A stretch of 64,000 nt of DNA, taken from positions 6,944,001 to 7,008,000 of the forward strand of contig CAVTTN010000002.1 in NCBI GenBank assembly GCA_963737655.1, read 5' to 3'. The translations under genes and the position numbers were made by a program. Source of the DNA: an uncultured Planctomycetota bacterium. Lineage in GTDB: Bacteria > Planctomycetota > Planctomycetia > Isosphaerales > Isosphaeraceae. Below, piece after piece: positions 48,947-58,668 of the stretch (the first letter of the stretch is position 1; each line of letters starts with the position of its first letter). The notes under the pieces are model-generated. The model did not search any database. It had not been told where the DNA came from and saw nothing but the letters and a program-made list of their open reading frames with translations.

Positions 48947-51900
48947 TGGCCGACCTTCCTCGTCTGGTACTCGTCCAGGTATCGGGAATAGGCCGGGTCC
49001 TTCGGGCGGTCGTCCTCGGGCCCGAAGGGATAGGATTTGGGCATGTTTATCCAGGGCATGGGGCCGACGGTGTCGCTGGCGGCGGTGAACGGGTCGGCAT
49101 CCTTGCAGTAGCCGATGGTTCGTAGGACGAAGGCGCGGGTCCATCCCTCGGGCAGGGGGGGGACCTTCGTCGCGTCGAATTCGAGCTTCACCTCGTCGCC
49201 GGGGCCGATCACGCAGAGCTGGTCGTCGTCGTCGAGCAGGAGCGGGAGGACGTCGCCGAACCTCGTGAGCGACCCGGCCAGGTGCGCCAGGGGCGCCGGA
49301 TCGACGTGTTCATAATCGTAGACGAGAGGGAGCTTGCCGTCGGGCGAGATCTCGCGGGTGTAGCCCCGATAGGCGAGGGAGGCCCGCCGGGCCGGGAGGC
49401 TCGTGACCTTCACGCCCGCGTTCTCGTCGAGACGGGCCACGAACGCCTGGTCCCAGCCGAGGTCCATCGTGGTCTTCAGCCTCAGGACGCATCGAGGGCC
49501 GCCGAGCTTGCCCGCGAGCTCCAGAGTGGTCATCCGCTCCATCCCGGCGGGATAGCCGGGGTCCGCTTCGAGCACGAGCCACGAGCCATCGTCGCCGAGG
49601 CGTTCGAGGACCGGCGGCTTGAGCGACACTCCGGCCGAGGCGGCGGCGTAGTTCGTCTGCGAGTACGGGTACTCGACGTAGCCCGACAGGCACAACACCA
49701 GGCGGTCCGTCGGGCCGAACTTCGCGAGCCGGTCGCCGAAGTCGAGGACGATCCCATGCTCCTCGGCGTAGCCGATCCAGCCTTCGCGGAGGAGGAAATC
49801 GTCGGCGAACGCGCGGTCGGTCCGGCGGAGGGCGTCGGTCAGGTCCCGGCCTTTCAGGTCGGTGGCCTTGGCATATTCGATGGCGTCCTTCCATGCGAGG
49901 AGGGCGCCCGAAGGCCGGTTGCCGCCGGGGGCGAAGCGTTCGTCGGGGGCGGTGGAGACGCCCGGAGGCCGGTCGATCACGTCGAGGGTGATCTTGTCGA
50001 GATACGCAAGCTCGCTCATGGGTTCGGTGATCGCCATCCGATAGGCGCCCTCCACCGGCGTCAACTGGTCGGGGGCGATCGCCACGGCCTCGTCGCGGTC
50101 GGGCTCGCCGTAGACGCCCGGGGCGACGAGGTAGCCGAGCCCGCCGCCGCCGAGGAAGTCGCCGAGACACACAAATTTCTTGCCGTCCCAGGTGAAGAGG
50201 ACCGGGCAGGAGCCTTCCTTGCGGTTGTTCTCGATCAGGTCGAACGCCTGGTTCGTGTTGACCTCCAGCTCGGCCTGGAGGACGCCGTCGGGCCACTTCA
50301 CCCGGAGGACGCGGACCTTCTCCGCGCCCCCCAGGCCCAGGACCACCGGCCCCATCGACTGCCCCGGCCCGGCCTCGGGCGTCGTATGGAGATAGGGGAC
50401 GCTCAGGTTGTCGCTATCGATGCGGATTTTTGCACCTAGACCTTCGGAATTCGTCCTCATATGCTTGGGTTTCACGCCCCAGCGTCCGCCGATATTCAGG
50501 GCGATCCAGTGCCCGCCGTTTCCGAGATTGTGGGAGAGGCTCGGGCCTTCGCCGTCTCGGAGGATGATGAGGTCGGGCAGGGGGTCGCCGATCACGTCGG
50601 CCAGGGCGAAGCCCCGGGTTCCGGCGGGAGACGCCCCGGACGGCCCGATCGGCCTCGGAGGGGCGAACCGCGTCCCTTCTCCTCGGGAAAATCGCGGGGT
50701 TTGCCCGGGTTCTCCCGAGGTCAGGGCGAGGAGGTCGGGCCAGCCGTCGAGGTCGAGGTCGGCGGCGACCGCCGATCGCGAGCCCCGGACGTCCACCGGC
50801 CACGGCTCGAACGCCAGGGCCGCCGCCCCCGAATCGGACTTCTTCGAGGCGTTTCGCAGGGCCACGGTCACGCCCGAGACGCCCGTGAGGACGAGGTCGC
50901 CCAGGCCGTCGCGGTCGAGGTCGGTCACGAGGACGCCGGAACCTCCCTGGATATCCGCAAGTCCTTTGCAATCGGAGGTGTGGAATCGACCGAGTCGATC
51001 ATTCAGGACGACGGTTGGGGCCTGGCCCTCGGCGGTCAGGACGAGGTCGAGGTCCCGGTCGTCGTCGATGTCGAGGATGGCCACCCCGGTGTGGGGGGCG
51101 TCGCCGCCGAGGAGGGCCTTGGCCTCGTCGCCGTCCCACGCAGAGAACTTCGGTTCGAGCCCCTCGGTGGCCTTGAGGTCGGCCTTCGCCACGGCGACGG
51201 GCGCGGAGTTTTCCTTGATGGCTCCCGGAGAGGGGCGGGGCTGGCCGTCGTTGCGGAAGGCGGCGTTGGCCACGCCTGGCGGGGGCTTCGGGCCGAACGC
51301 GTCGGCGGCGCGATCGGCGGTGGTGAGGTTCACGACGTAAAGGTCGAGGTCGCCATCCTGGTCGATGTCCATCCAGCGGGCGGCCAGGGCGATCGTGGGG
51401 GGGCTTGCAGGCGGTAACAGGCCGCTCATGTCCTCAAATTTTTTGCCGCCGACATTCCGGAGGATTTTCACGCCTCCGATCCCGACGAGGGCGAGGTCGG
51501 GGAGGCGGTCGGCGTCGAAGTCTCCGGCGGAGGCGCCGAGGCTGGGGCGGTCGTCGGGGAGGCCGAAGTCTCGCGAAACGTCGTCGAATCGGCCGTCGCC
51601 TCGGTTGAGCAAGAGGGCGTCGCGAACCTTGCCGGCCTTGCCGGTCACGGAGGCGGCGAGGAAGAGGTCGAGCTTGCCGTCGGCGTCGGCGTCGAGGGCG
51701 ATCGCGGCGGCGCCGAGGCGGTCGCGGGCCCGGCCGATCGGGGCGAGGTCGCCGGTGAAGTCGGCGGGCGAGGCCCAGCGGTCGCCGGTCGGCAGGCTCA
51801 CGGAGAGGGGCTTCGGCGTCTCGAACCTGGGCGGATTCGCGGCCTTCGCGGGGGCTTTGGGACGAGGGAATGGGTCGATGATGGTGGCATATTTACCCAT

Positions 51901-52677
51901 GTCGCCGTAGACATTCGCGACGTTGTCCCCCGGTCCGGCGGGGGAGCGTTCGGGGCTCAGACGATTGATCCGCGACCGGATTCGCGCGGCCTCCTCGACG
52001 TCTCCGGCGATCTGGAGGGCGCGTTCCACGCTGTAGAGGGCGGAGTAGTTGTAGGGGTCCTGCTCGACGGCCCTTTCGTAGTACGGCTTCTTGGCGACGA
52101 TGTGTTCGCGGATCTTCATCCCCTCACCGGGAAGCGTGTTCCCGGCATGCATCCAGGCGGAGGAATCGGTGGGATCGTGGTCGGTGACGAATTTGTAATC
52201 GAGGAATGCCTCGTCGAAATGGCCGAGGTCTTCCTGGATGATCCCCCGGCAGAAGTGGGCGGAGAGGTTGTTGGGATCGCGCTGGAGGACTTCGTCGAGG
52301 AGGCCGATCACGCGGTCGAACCGGGTCGGAGGGGCCTTGTCGCCCTTGGCCTTCGCCTTCTCGGCCTCGTTGCCGGTGTCGTTGAGCATGGCGATGGCCA
52401 GGTTGATCTTGGCGGCGAGGAGGCCGGGGGCGAGCTCGACCGTCTTGCCGAACGCCTCCGCGGCATGGCGGTATTTGTACTGCTCCATGGAACCCACGCC
52501 TTCGAGATGCGCCGCGATGAACGCGGAGAGGTTCGCCGGCGGGATCTCGTCCTTGGGGACGACCGGCGTGGGCGCCGGAGGAGGCGGGGTCGAGTCGCCG
52601 CAGCCCCAGCCGATCGTGACGGTCAGAGCGCAGGCCATCGCGGCGACGGCGGGGCGTCGGCGGACGGGGTTCCGCAT
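48943..52677 (-). CDS. TPR + FG-GAP-repeat + ASPIC/UnbV (CRTAC1-like) putative lipoprotein
   Basis: Lipobox-like IGWGC, TPR helices, repeated DxDxDGxxDL motifs, VKWPDG, GSCPVLFTWDG. Confidence 0.88.
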   Translation of the reverse strand: MRNPVRRRPAVAAMACALTVTIGWGCGDSTPPPPAPTPVVPKDEIPPANLSAFIAAHLEGVGSMEQYKYRHAAEAFGKTVELAPGLLAAKINLAIAMLNDTGNEAEKAKAKGDKAPPTRFDRVIGLLDEVLQRDPNNLSAHFCRGIIQEDLGHFDEAFLDYKFVTDHDPTDSSAWMHAGNTLPGEGMKIREHIVAKKPYYERAVEQDPYNYSALYSVERALQIAGDVEEAARIRSRINRLSPERSPAGPGDNVANVYGDMGKYATIIDPFPRPKAPAKAANPPRFETPKPLSVSLPTGDRWASPADFTGDLAPIGRARDRLGAAAIALDADADGKLDLFLAASVTGKAGKVRDALLLNRGDGRFDDVSRDFGLPDDRPSLGASAGDFDADRLPDLALVGIGGVKILRNVGGKKFEDMSGLLPPASPPTIALAARWMDIDQDGDLDLYVVNLTTADRAADAFGPKPPPGVANAAFRNDGQPRPSPGAIKENSAPVAVAKADLKATEGLEPKFSAWDGDEAKALLGGDAPHTGVAILDIDDDRDLDLVLTAEGQAPTVVLNDRLGRFHTSDCKGLADIQGGSGVLVTDLDRDGLGDLVLTGVSGVTVALRNASKKSDSGAAALAFEPWPVDVRGSRSAVAADLDLDGWPDLLALTSGEPGQTPRFSRGEGTRFAPPRPIGPSGASPAGTRGFALADVIGDPLPDLIILRDGEGPSLSHNLGNGGHWIALNIGGRWGVKPKHMRTNSEGLGAKIRIDSDNLSVPYLHTTPEAGPGQSMGPVVLGLGGAEKVRVLRVKWPDGVLQAELEVNTNQAFDLIENNRKEGSCPVLFTWDGKKFVCLGDFLGGGGLGYLVAPGVYGEPDRDEAVAIAPDQLTPVEGAYRMAITEPMSELAYLDKITLDVIDRPPGVSTAPDERFAPGGNRPSGALLAWKDAIEYAKATDLKGRDLTDALRRTDRAFADDFLLREGWIGYAEEHGIVLDFGDRLAKFGPTDRLVLCLSGYVEYPYSQTNYAAASAGVSLKPPVLERLGDDGSWLVLEADPGYPAGMERMTTLELAGKLGGPRCVLRLKTTMDLGWDQAFVARLDENAGVKVTSLPARRASLAYRGYTREISPDGKLPLVYDYEHVDPAPLAHLAGSLTRFGDVLPLLLDDDDQLCVIGPGDEVKLEFDATKVPPLPEGWTRAFVLRTIGYCKDADPFTAASDTVGPMPWINMPKSYPFGPEDDRPKDPAYSRYLDEYQTRKVGQ

Positions 52678-52738
52678 CGTCGGGTGCCTCGGGGAGGGGA
52701 TCGGGGCGGATTCGCCTTGGCCTGGGCGGGGGAGATTG

Positions 52739-52943
52739 ACCGCCAGGGCCGCCGGGGAGATTAACCGCCAAGACGCCAAGGTCGCCAAGAGGAGAGGAGA
52801 GAAAGAGGAGAGGAGAAATCCGATGATTTTTAAATGAAGCTATATATTATAAGAATAATTGCTTATTTTCTCCTCTTGGCGACCTTGGCGACCTTGGCGA
52901 CCTTGGCGTCTTGGCGGTTAATCTCCCCGGCGGCCCTGGCGGT
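52739..52943. repeat. ~205-bp element with long inverted arms containing 9-bp CTTGGCGAC-type units and a purine-/AT-rich core
   Basis: The left arm 52739-52795 is the reverse complement of the right arm 52869-52943, except that the right arm has two extra CTTGGCGAC units. Confidence 0.9.
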
Positions 52944-53890
52944 TAGTCCCCCCCAATCTTCGGCGAGGGGCGATGGATGGGCCGGGCGTAGAGGCCAGTA
53001 TAGGACTCGGCCCGGATGTGGGAAAGGAGCGCGTGGCCTCGTCGTCGTCGGCGCTCCTCGCGGAGGGCGGCGATGTCGATCGGGCCGACGACGATCCGGT
53101 CTCCGGGGCCGGGCTCGGCCTGGGCGAGGATTCGGCCGTCGAAGTCGACGATCATGCTTCCGCCCGGCCAGGAGAACGGCGGGTAATTCGCGAGACTGGC
53201 CCCCTGGTTCGCCGCAACGACGAACGCGGTGTTCTCGGCGGCTCGGGCGCGGTTGAAGAGGGTCCACCAGTCCATCGGCGGGGTCGCGCCCCAGGGGTCC
53301 ATGTAGGCCGACACGCGGATCAAGACCTCGGCACCGTTCAGGGCGAGGGCGCGGATGGCCTCGGGGAACAGCCAGTCGTAGCAGATCGCCGCGCCGATCC
53401 GGCCGATCTCGGTCTCGACCACGGGGAACAGCGGCTCGTCGTAGCCTTCGAGGTCGTGGGGGCTGGCGTGGACCTCCCACGGGATCCAGGGGTTGACCTT
53501 GCGGTACTTGCTCAGGAGGCCGTCGGGGCCGATCAGGCACGTGGTGTTGAAGACCGAGCCCGGCCATCGCGGGTCGGCTTCGAGGAACGTGCCGGTCTGG
53601 ATGAAGACGCCGCGTTCCTTCGCCTTCCTGGCATAAAGGTCGGTGAAATCGTTCGGGACCGGCACCGCGAGCTTGTCCAGGAGCTCGGCGGCCGTCTCGT
53701 AGATCGGCGCGGCGTGGGCGAACTCGGGGAAGGCGACGAGCTTGACGTCGAAGAACGGCTCGTAGCCGACGACCGCGTAATCGATCCTCGCCAGGAGGTC
53801 CGCGACCCTCGCGGGGATCTCGTCTCGGGAGCGAGGGCAGGGGAGGTCGGTCTGGATCGCGGCGGCGTAGTAGCGAGACATCCGGGTCAT
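52943..53890 (-). CDS. Nitrilase-related carbon-nitrogen hydrolase (amidase/formamidase-like)
   Basis: Catalytic E-K-C triad in VAFPE, KYRK and ICYD; NRARAAEN, GGSMIVDFDG; the ATG overlaps the upstream TGA. Confidence 0.9.
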   Translation of the reverse strand: MTRMSRYYAAAIQTDLPCPRSRDEIPARVADLLARIDYAVVGYEPFFDVKLVAFPEFAHAAPIYETAAELLDKLAVPVPNDFTDLYARKAKERGVFIQTGTFLEADPRWPGSVFNTTCLIGPDGLLSKYRKVNPWIPWEVHASPHDLEGYDEPLFPVVETEIGRIGAAICYDWLFPEAIRALALNGAEVLIRVSAYMDPWGATPPMDWWTLFNRARAAENTAFVVAANQGASLANYPPFSWPGGSMIVDFDGRILAQAEPGPGDRIVVGPIDIAALREERRRRRGHALLSHIRAESYTGLYARPIHRPSPKIGGD

Positions 53891-54770
53891 TCGGCCTGCT
53901 TGGTGGCGACGAGGAACGCCTTGAGCGTGGAATCCGGCTCGCGGTCGGAGAGGCGGAGGAAGACGTCGGCGGCCTTCCTCGTCCGGCCGGAGAGGAACCA
54001 TTCGGCCCCGAGGACGAGCCAGGCGTCCCGGTCGTTGGGCTCGGCCTGGAGGTGGGCTTCGAGGTCGGCGATGTGCTTGGCGAACTCGGCCGGCTCGGGG
54101 AAGACGGCCTGGACGTCTCCGGCGGTCAGGAGCCATCCGGGCTCGGCCATCTGGGCATCTCGGAGGAAGTTGGCGGCCTCGGTGTACTTGCCTCGGACGA
54201 AGGCGATTTGAGCCAGGCGGACGCGGGGGTTGGCCTTGTCCGGGTCGGCCTTGATGGCCTGCTCGTACCTCTCGACGGCCCTCGGCAGGTTGCCGGCGCG
54301 GAAGAGGCGATCGCCCAGGATCGCCAGCTCGGCCGATCGCGCGGCATCGCCCCGGCGCGGGAGGATCGCGGGTTGCCGGGCCATCGGATTGGCGCCGACC
54401 CGGGGCGCCCGACGTTCATCGCCATCGGCACCGGATTCATCATCGCGGTCATCGGCCCGGGGTTCCACGCGGCCGGGAAGATCGGCCCGCCGAACCCGCC
54501 TCCCGGCCCCACCACGATCAGGGGCGGCGAGTAGGGATACATCCCATACGGACCGAACCCGTAGAAGATACCCGGGTTATACCCGATCGCCCCGCCCCCG
54601 GAGCCGTACCGACTCCCCCCCGACGGATTGATCGTGACCGGGGAGTGCCCGGCCCGCGAATCGTAGCGGCCGACCCCCCCCGAGTGCCCGTGGTGGTGCT
54701 GGGCCGAGGCGTCGGCCGCGAAGGCCAGGAGAGCGAAGGCGACCGCCGAAAGGCTTCGACCGGGCTGCAT
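53887..54770 (-). CDS. Secreted Gly/Tyr-rich TPR protein; split by an apparent 1-nt deletion near 54402
   Basis: Signal peptide and G/Y/P-rich region lie in ORF 54126..54770; TPRs (GDRLFRAGN...YEQAIKADP) lie in ORF 53887..54468. Confidence 0.75.
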
Positions 54771-54919
54771 GGGACGCCGACCTTTCCCGCCTGGAGAGGG
54801 CAGATCCGTCTCTCTGTATTATCGGGGCTTTCCCCCGTGTCGGCAATGGCGGACCGGGTGGAGTCGTCCTCGGCCGTTTCCGCGAGCAGGGAACGGCCCT
54901 GATCGACGACGCTCCACCC

Positions 54920-54949
54920 TTGACTTGTCGTTCAGTGTATTCTAATAAT
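54920..54949 (+). promoter_or_regulatory. Candidate sigma-70-type promoter
   Basis: TTGACT (54920-54925), a 17-18 nt spacer, then TAATAA/AATAAT (54943-54949), within an AT-rich divergent intergenic region. Confidence 0.45.
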
Positions 54950-55011
54950 TCAGACGGAATTGAAAACATGGCTGCGGAACTTAAGATACCTGGCCGGGTT
55001 ACGTTCCTGAA

Positions 55012-55227
55012 AAATCGTTCAAATCGTCCAGTCGAATGATTTTGAGAGGTTCGTTCGACCGGTGCGTCGTTATGTTGCTTTCGCGACAAAACTAATTCGA
55101 TTAAGGAGTTGTGATGACAATCCGCCTTCGTCGGAACCTGGATCAAGGCCCTGTGTCGAAGAGTTCTTGGGATATTCCTGGACGTTTCCTGGTCCGATCG
55201 GTAGGATGAAATCGTTCAAATCGTCCA
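55012..55227 (+). promoter_or_regulatory. Two exact 19-bp direct repeats AAATCGTTCAAATCGTCCA (candidate operators)
   Basis: Copies at 55012-55030 and 55209-55227, each a tandem of near-identical 9-mers; the second ends 20 bp before the regulator ATG. Confidence 0.6.
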
Positions 55228-55247
55228 AACGAGCGGAAGGTGCGGTC

Positions 55248-56168
55248 ATGGTACCGGCGAACACGCTCTTGAAGACGCAGCAGGTAGCCGAGGCGTTTGG
55301 GGTCAGCGTGAGCACGGTGAAGCGATGGGTGGACTCGGGGAGCCTGCGGGCGTCGCGGACCCCGGGGAAGCATCGCTTGATCTCGGCCGAGGAGGCGTTG
55401 CGGTTCGCTCGGGCCCAGGAGTTGCCGGAGGCTCGGCTCGAAGTCCTGATGGGGGTCGAGGCGATCGTCGGAGGGGCGATCGACGACCGGGCGAGGGAGG
55501 CGCTGGTGCTGGCCCTGAAGACCGGCCGGGACGGCGAGGCCCGGACCCGGCTGGCGTCGGCCTTCGCGGCGTGGAACGACGGGGCGAGGCTGGCCGATGA
55601 GCTGATCAGCCCGGTCATGGCCGAGATCGGACATCAGTGGGCCGCGGGGTCGCTGGAGATCTACCAGGAACACCGCGCCACCCGGATCGTGGAGGCGGCG
55701 TTGCTGGAGCGGATCGCCCGGGTCGAGTCGGCCGAGAGGCCGGGCGGCCGCCCCCTGGCCATGGGCGCGTCTCCCGACGGCGACCCCTATACGCTGTCGA
55801 ATCTGCTGTGCGAGCTGGCGTTGCGGGAGCAGGGCTGGGAGGTCATGAACCTCGGGCCGAACCTGCCGCTGGCGTCGCTCGGTCGGGCGGTCCGGGTGCA
55901 TCGCCCGAGGCTGGTCTGGCTGTCGGTGAATCATCTGGACGACCCCGAGGGGTTCGTCCGCCAATACACGGCGTTTTATGGCTCGGCCTCGGCGACGGGC
56001 ACGGCGGTCTGCCTGGGAGGGCAGGCCCTGGATTCGTCGCTCCGGGCGAGGCTGCCGGCGGCGGGGTTCGGCGAGAGGGTCGCCCACCTCGCCGAATTCG
56101 CCCGCCGGCTCGCCCCGGCCTCCCCGGACGATCGTCCTCAAACGGAACCCCGAGAAGACCAGGAGTAA
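55248..56168 (+). CDS. CarH/LitR-like regulator: MerR/excisionase HTH + B12-binding_2 + B12-binding (Rossmann) domain
   Basis: QVAEAFGVSVSTVKRW...RTPGKHR; W-x9-EH motif (WAAGSLEIYQEH); GDPY at the ExH position; NLGPNLP, VWLS, LGGQA. Confidence 0.88.
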   Translation: MVPANTLLKTQQVAEAFGVSVSTVKRWVDSGSLRASRTPGKHRLISAEEALRFARAQELPEARLEVLMGVEAIVGGAIDDRAREALVLALKTGRDGEARTRLASAFAAWNDGARLADELISPVMAEIGHQWAAGSLEIYQEHRATRIVEAALLERIARVESAERPGGRPLAMGASPDGDPYTLSNLLCELALREQGWEVMNLGPNLPLASLGRAVRVHRPRLVWLSVNHLDDPEGFVRQYTAFYGSASATGTAVCLGGQALDSSLRARLPAAGFGERVAHLAEFARRLAPASPDDRPQTEPREDQE

Positions 56169-56172
56169 CCCC

Positions 56173-57135
56173 ATGCGCACCCATCGGACGATCGGCGACG
56201 GCGACGGACTGGCGACCCTGGACAGCGCCGACACGCAGGTCCTCGGAGCCAAGGAGGAGCGCTCGCTCCTCCGCGACCTGAACGAGTGCCGGACGAAGCT
56301 CTCGGAGGCCCTGGCCAAGCTCCCGGGCGGCTCGGCCGACGCGGAGCGGGGCTCGGACGACCTCCAGGCCCTGGCCGATCGGATCGCCCGCCTCCACCTC
56401 GGCGACGGGCCGGCCGAGGCGAGGCTCGGCGCCGTGGCCCGGAAGTACGCCGAGCTCCGCTCCCGGCTCGCCCTGGCCAACATGAAGCTGGTGGCCCACG
56501 TGGCCAAGAAGTTCCGCGATCGCGGGGTCTCGTATTCGGACCTCTTGCAGGAAGGCTTCTGCGGCCTCCTCGAAGCGATCGACCGGTTCGACCTCGGGCA
56601 CGAGACCAAGCTGGCGACGTATGCGACGTGGTGGATCCGGCAATCGATGCAACGGGCGGTGGCCTCCGGCGCGTATCCGGTCCGTCTCAGCCCGAGGCAC
56701 CTCCGCCAGCTCGCCCAGAACCAGGACGAGCTGGAACGGGCGGGGACGGCCGCCGGGATCGGCACGAAGCCGACCGAGATGATCCAGAGGATTCATGCGG
56801 CGACCCGACCGACCGTCTCCCTGAACGCCGCCCTGGACGCCCAGTCGGATTTCAGCCTGTTGCAGACGATGAGCGACCCCGAGGGGGACCGCACCGGCGA
56901 CGTGGACATGGACGAGGCCGTGAGCAAGCTCATGAACGCCCTGAGGCCCCGGGAGCAGCAGGTCCTGGAGCTCCGCTACGGCCTGGGCGGCCAGCCGAAG
57001 CTCTCGCTCAGCCAGGTCGGCAGGGTCCTGGAAGTGTCCAAGGAGAGGGTCCGGCAGATCCAGGACCGAGCTCTGGAGAAGCTTCGGACGGCGGCCGCCG
57101 AAGACCGAGACGTCGCCCTGGCGTGGCTCTGTTGA
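56173..57135 (+). CDS. Sigma-70 family sigma factor (RpoD/RpoS-like, lacking region 1.1)
   Basis: [34 protein letters not shown], region 4 [26 protein letters not shown] at 56161. Confidence 0.93.
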   Translation: MRTHRTIGDGDGLATLDSADTQVLGAKEERSLLRDLNECRTKLSEALAKLPGGSADAERGSDDLQALADRIARLHLGDGPAEARLGAVARKYAELRSRLALANMKLVAHVAKKFRDRGVSYSDLLQEGFCGLLEAIDRFDLGHETKLATYATWWIRQSMQRAVASGAYPVRLSPRHLRQLAQNQDELERAGTAAGIGTKPTEMIQRIHAATRPTVSLNAALDAQSDFSLLQTMSDPEGDRTGDVDMDEAVSKLMNALRPREQQVLELRYGLGGQPKLSLSQVGRVLEVSKERVRQIQDRALEKLRTAAAEDRDVALAWLC

Positions 57136-57261
57136 ACGGTCCGGGATGGTCGCTGGCCCCGTCTTGCCGAGGAAGGGGCGAGAAGACTGGACCCGGGGGC
57201 GGCCCGGGGCCGAATCCGAGGAGGGGCGGGCGGACGAGGGACTTCGAGGCGACCGCGAATC

Positions 57262-58160
57262 ATGGCCGGCGAACCGATCGGCGGGTTTCTGCATTATCTG
57301 ATGGCCGAGTGCGGGGTGTCTCCCAACACCCTGGCGGCCTATCGCTCCGACCTGATGAGGTTCCGCCGCTGGAGAGGGAAGCACGCGCCGGGGCCTCTCG
57401 GGGCGCTGGACGTCCCGACCCTGGCCGGATACGTCGAGTATCTCCACGAGTGCCGCCTGGCGGCGCCGAGCATCGGCCGGCACCTGGCGAGCCTCTCGAC
57501 CTACTTCCGCTACCTGATCTTCGAGGGGAAGCTCACCGAGAACACGGCCAAGCTGCTGGTGGCCCCGGCGGTCTGGGACCGATTGCCGACGGTCCTCGGC
57601 CCCCAATCCGTGACGAAGCTCCTGGAGGCGCCGAGCCGGAGACCCGGCTGGGCCGTCGCGACCGGGCGGCCCTGGAAACCCTGTACGCCTCGGGCTGCCG
57701 GGCGTCGGAGGTCGTGGGCCTGACGATCGCCGACCTCGACCTGGTCCGGGGGTCGGCCCGATGCGTGGGCAAGGGGGACAAGCAACGGGTCGTCCCCCTG
57801 GGCCGACCGGCCCGCGAGGCGATCTCGGCCTATCTGGAGAAGGACCGGCCCGAGCTGGTCGTCCGAAGGCCGGAGACCCGCGAGGTCTTCGTGTCGAAGA
57901 GCGGTCGGCCGCTGTCCCGGGTGTCTCTGTGGCGAATCGTCTCGGGTTATGCCAAGGCCCTGGGGCTCTCGGCGGCCGGGCCGATCGGCCCCCACACGAT
58001 CCGTCATAGCTTCGCGACCCATCTGCTCGCCGGAGGGGCCGACCTCCGCGTGGTCCAGGAGATCCTGGGACATGCCTCGATCGCGACCACTCAGGTCTAT
58101 ACCCGAGTCGAGATGACCCGGCTCCGCGAGGTCCATCGGCGGTTCCATCCCCGGGGGTGA
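57262..58160 (+). CDS. xerD: Site-specific tyrosine recombinase XerD/XerC; split by an apparent 1-nt deletion near 57636
   Basis: [12 protein letters not shown]; adding one C gives [55 protein letters not shown]. Confidence 0.88.
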
Positions 58161-58169
58161 GGATCTGGG

Positions 58170-58607
58170 ATGACGAAATGGACCTTGCTGGCGTGCCTGG
58201 CGTCGTCCCTGTTCATGACCGGGCTGATCTGGTTCGTCGACCGGGTGCATTACCCGCTGTTCGGCCGGGTGGGCGAGGCGGAGTTTCGGGCCTATCACGC
58301 CGAGCACAGCCGGAGGACCACGGCCGTGGTCCTCGTACCGATGGTGGTGGAGCTGCTCACGAGCGTGGCCCTGGTCGTCCGCCGGCCGATCGGGACGGGC
58401 CCGATCCTGGCCGGGGCCGGCCTGGCGATGGCCCTGGTCACGTGGGCGGCGACGGCGTTCCTGGCCGTGCCGATGCATGACATCCTGGCCCGGGGGTTCG
58501 ACCCGTCGGCCCACCGGAGGCTCGTGGCGACCGATGCGGTCCGCCTGGTGGCCTGGACCGTGCATTCGGCGCTCCTCCTGGCGATGACCGCCCGGGCCCT
58601 TCGCTGA
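58170..58607 (+). CDS. Four-TM membrane protein (DUF1772/anthrone-oxygenase-like)
   Basis: MTGLIWFV...VHYPLF...YHAEH...VPMH...RLVAW pattern. Confidence 0.6.
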   Translation: MTKWTLLACLASSLFMTGLIWFVDRVHYPLFGRVGEAEFRAYHAEHSRRTTAVVLVPMVVELLTSVALVVRRPIGTGPILAGAGLAMALVTWAATAFLAVPMHDILARGFDPSAHRRLVATDAVRLVAWTVHSALLLAMTARALR

Positions 58608-58668
58608 GAAGCGGCCCGGCCCGCCTCTTCTCTCGGGTCGGCGATCCGACGGGCAGGTCAGTCGGTGC

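Noticed and set aside
57262..58160. Tyrosine recombinase as a prophage or island integrase
   Set aside because: Its size (~300 aa) and motifs match housekeeping XerC/D; no att repeats or phage genes were seen.
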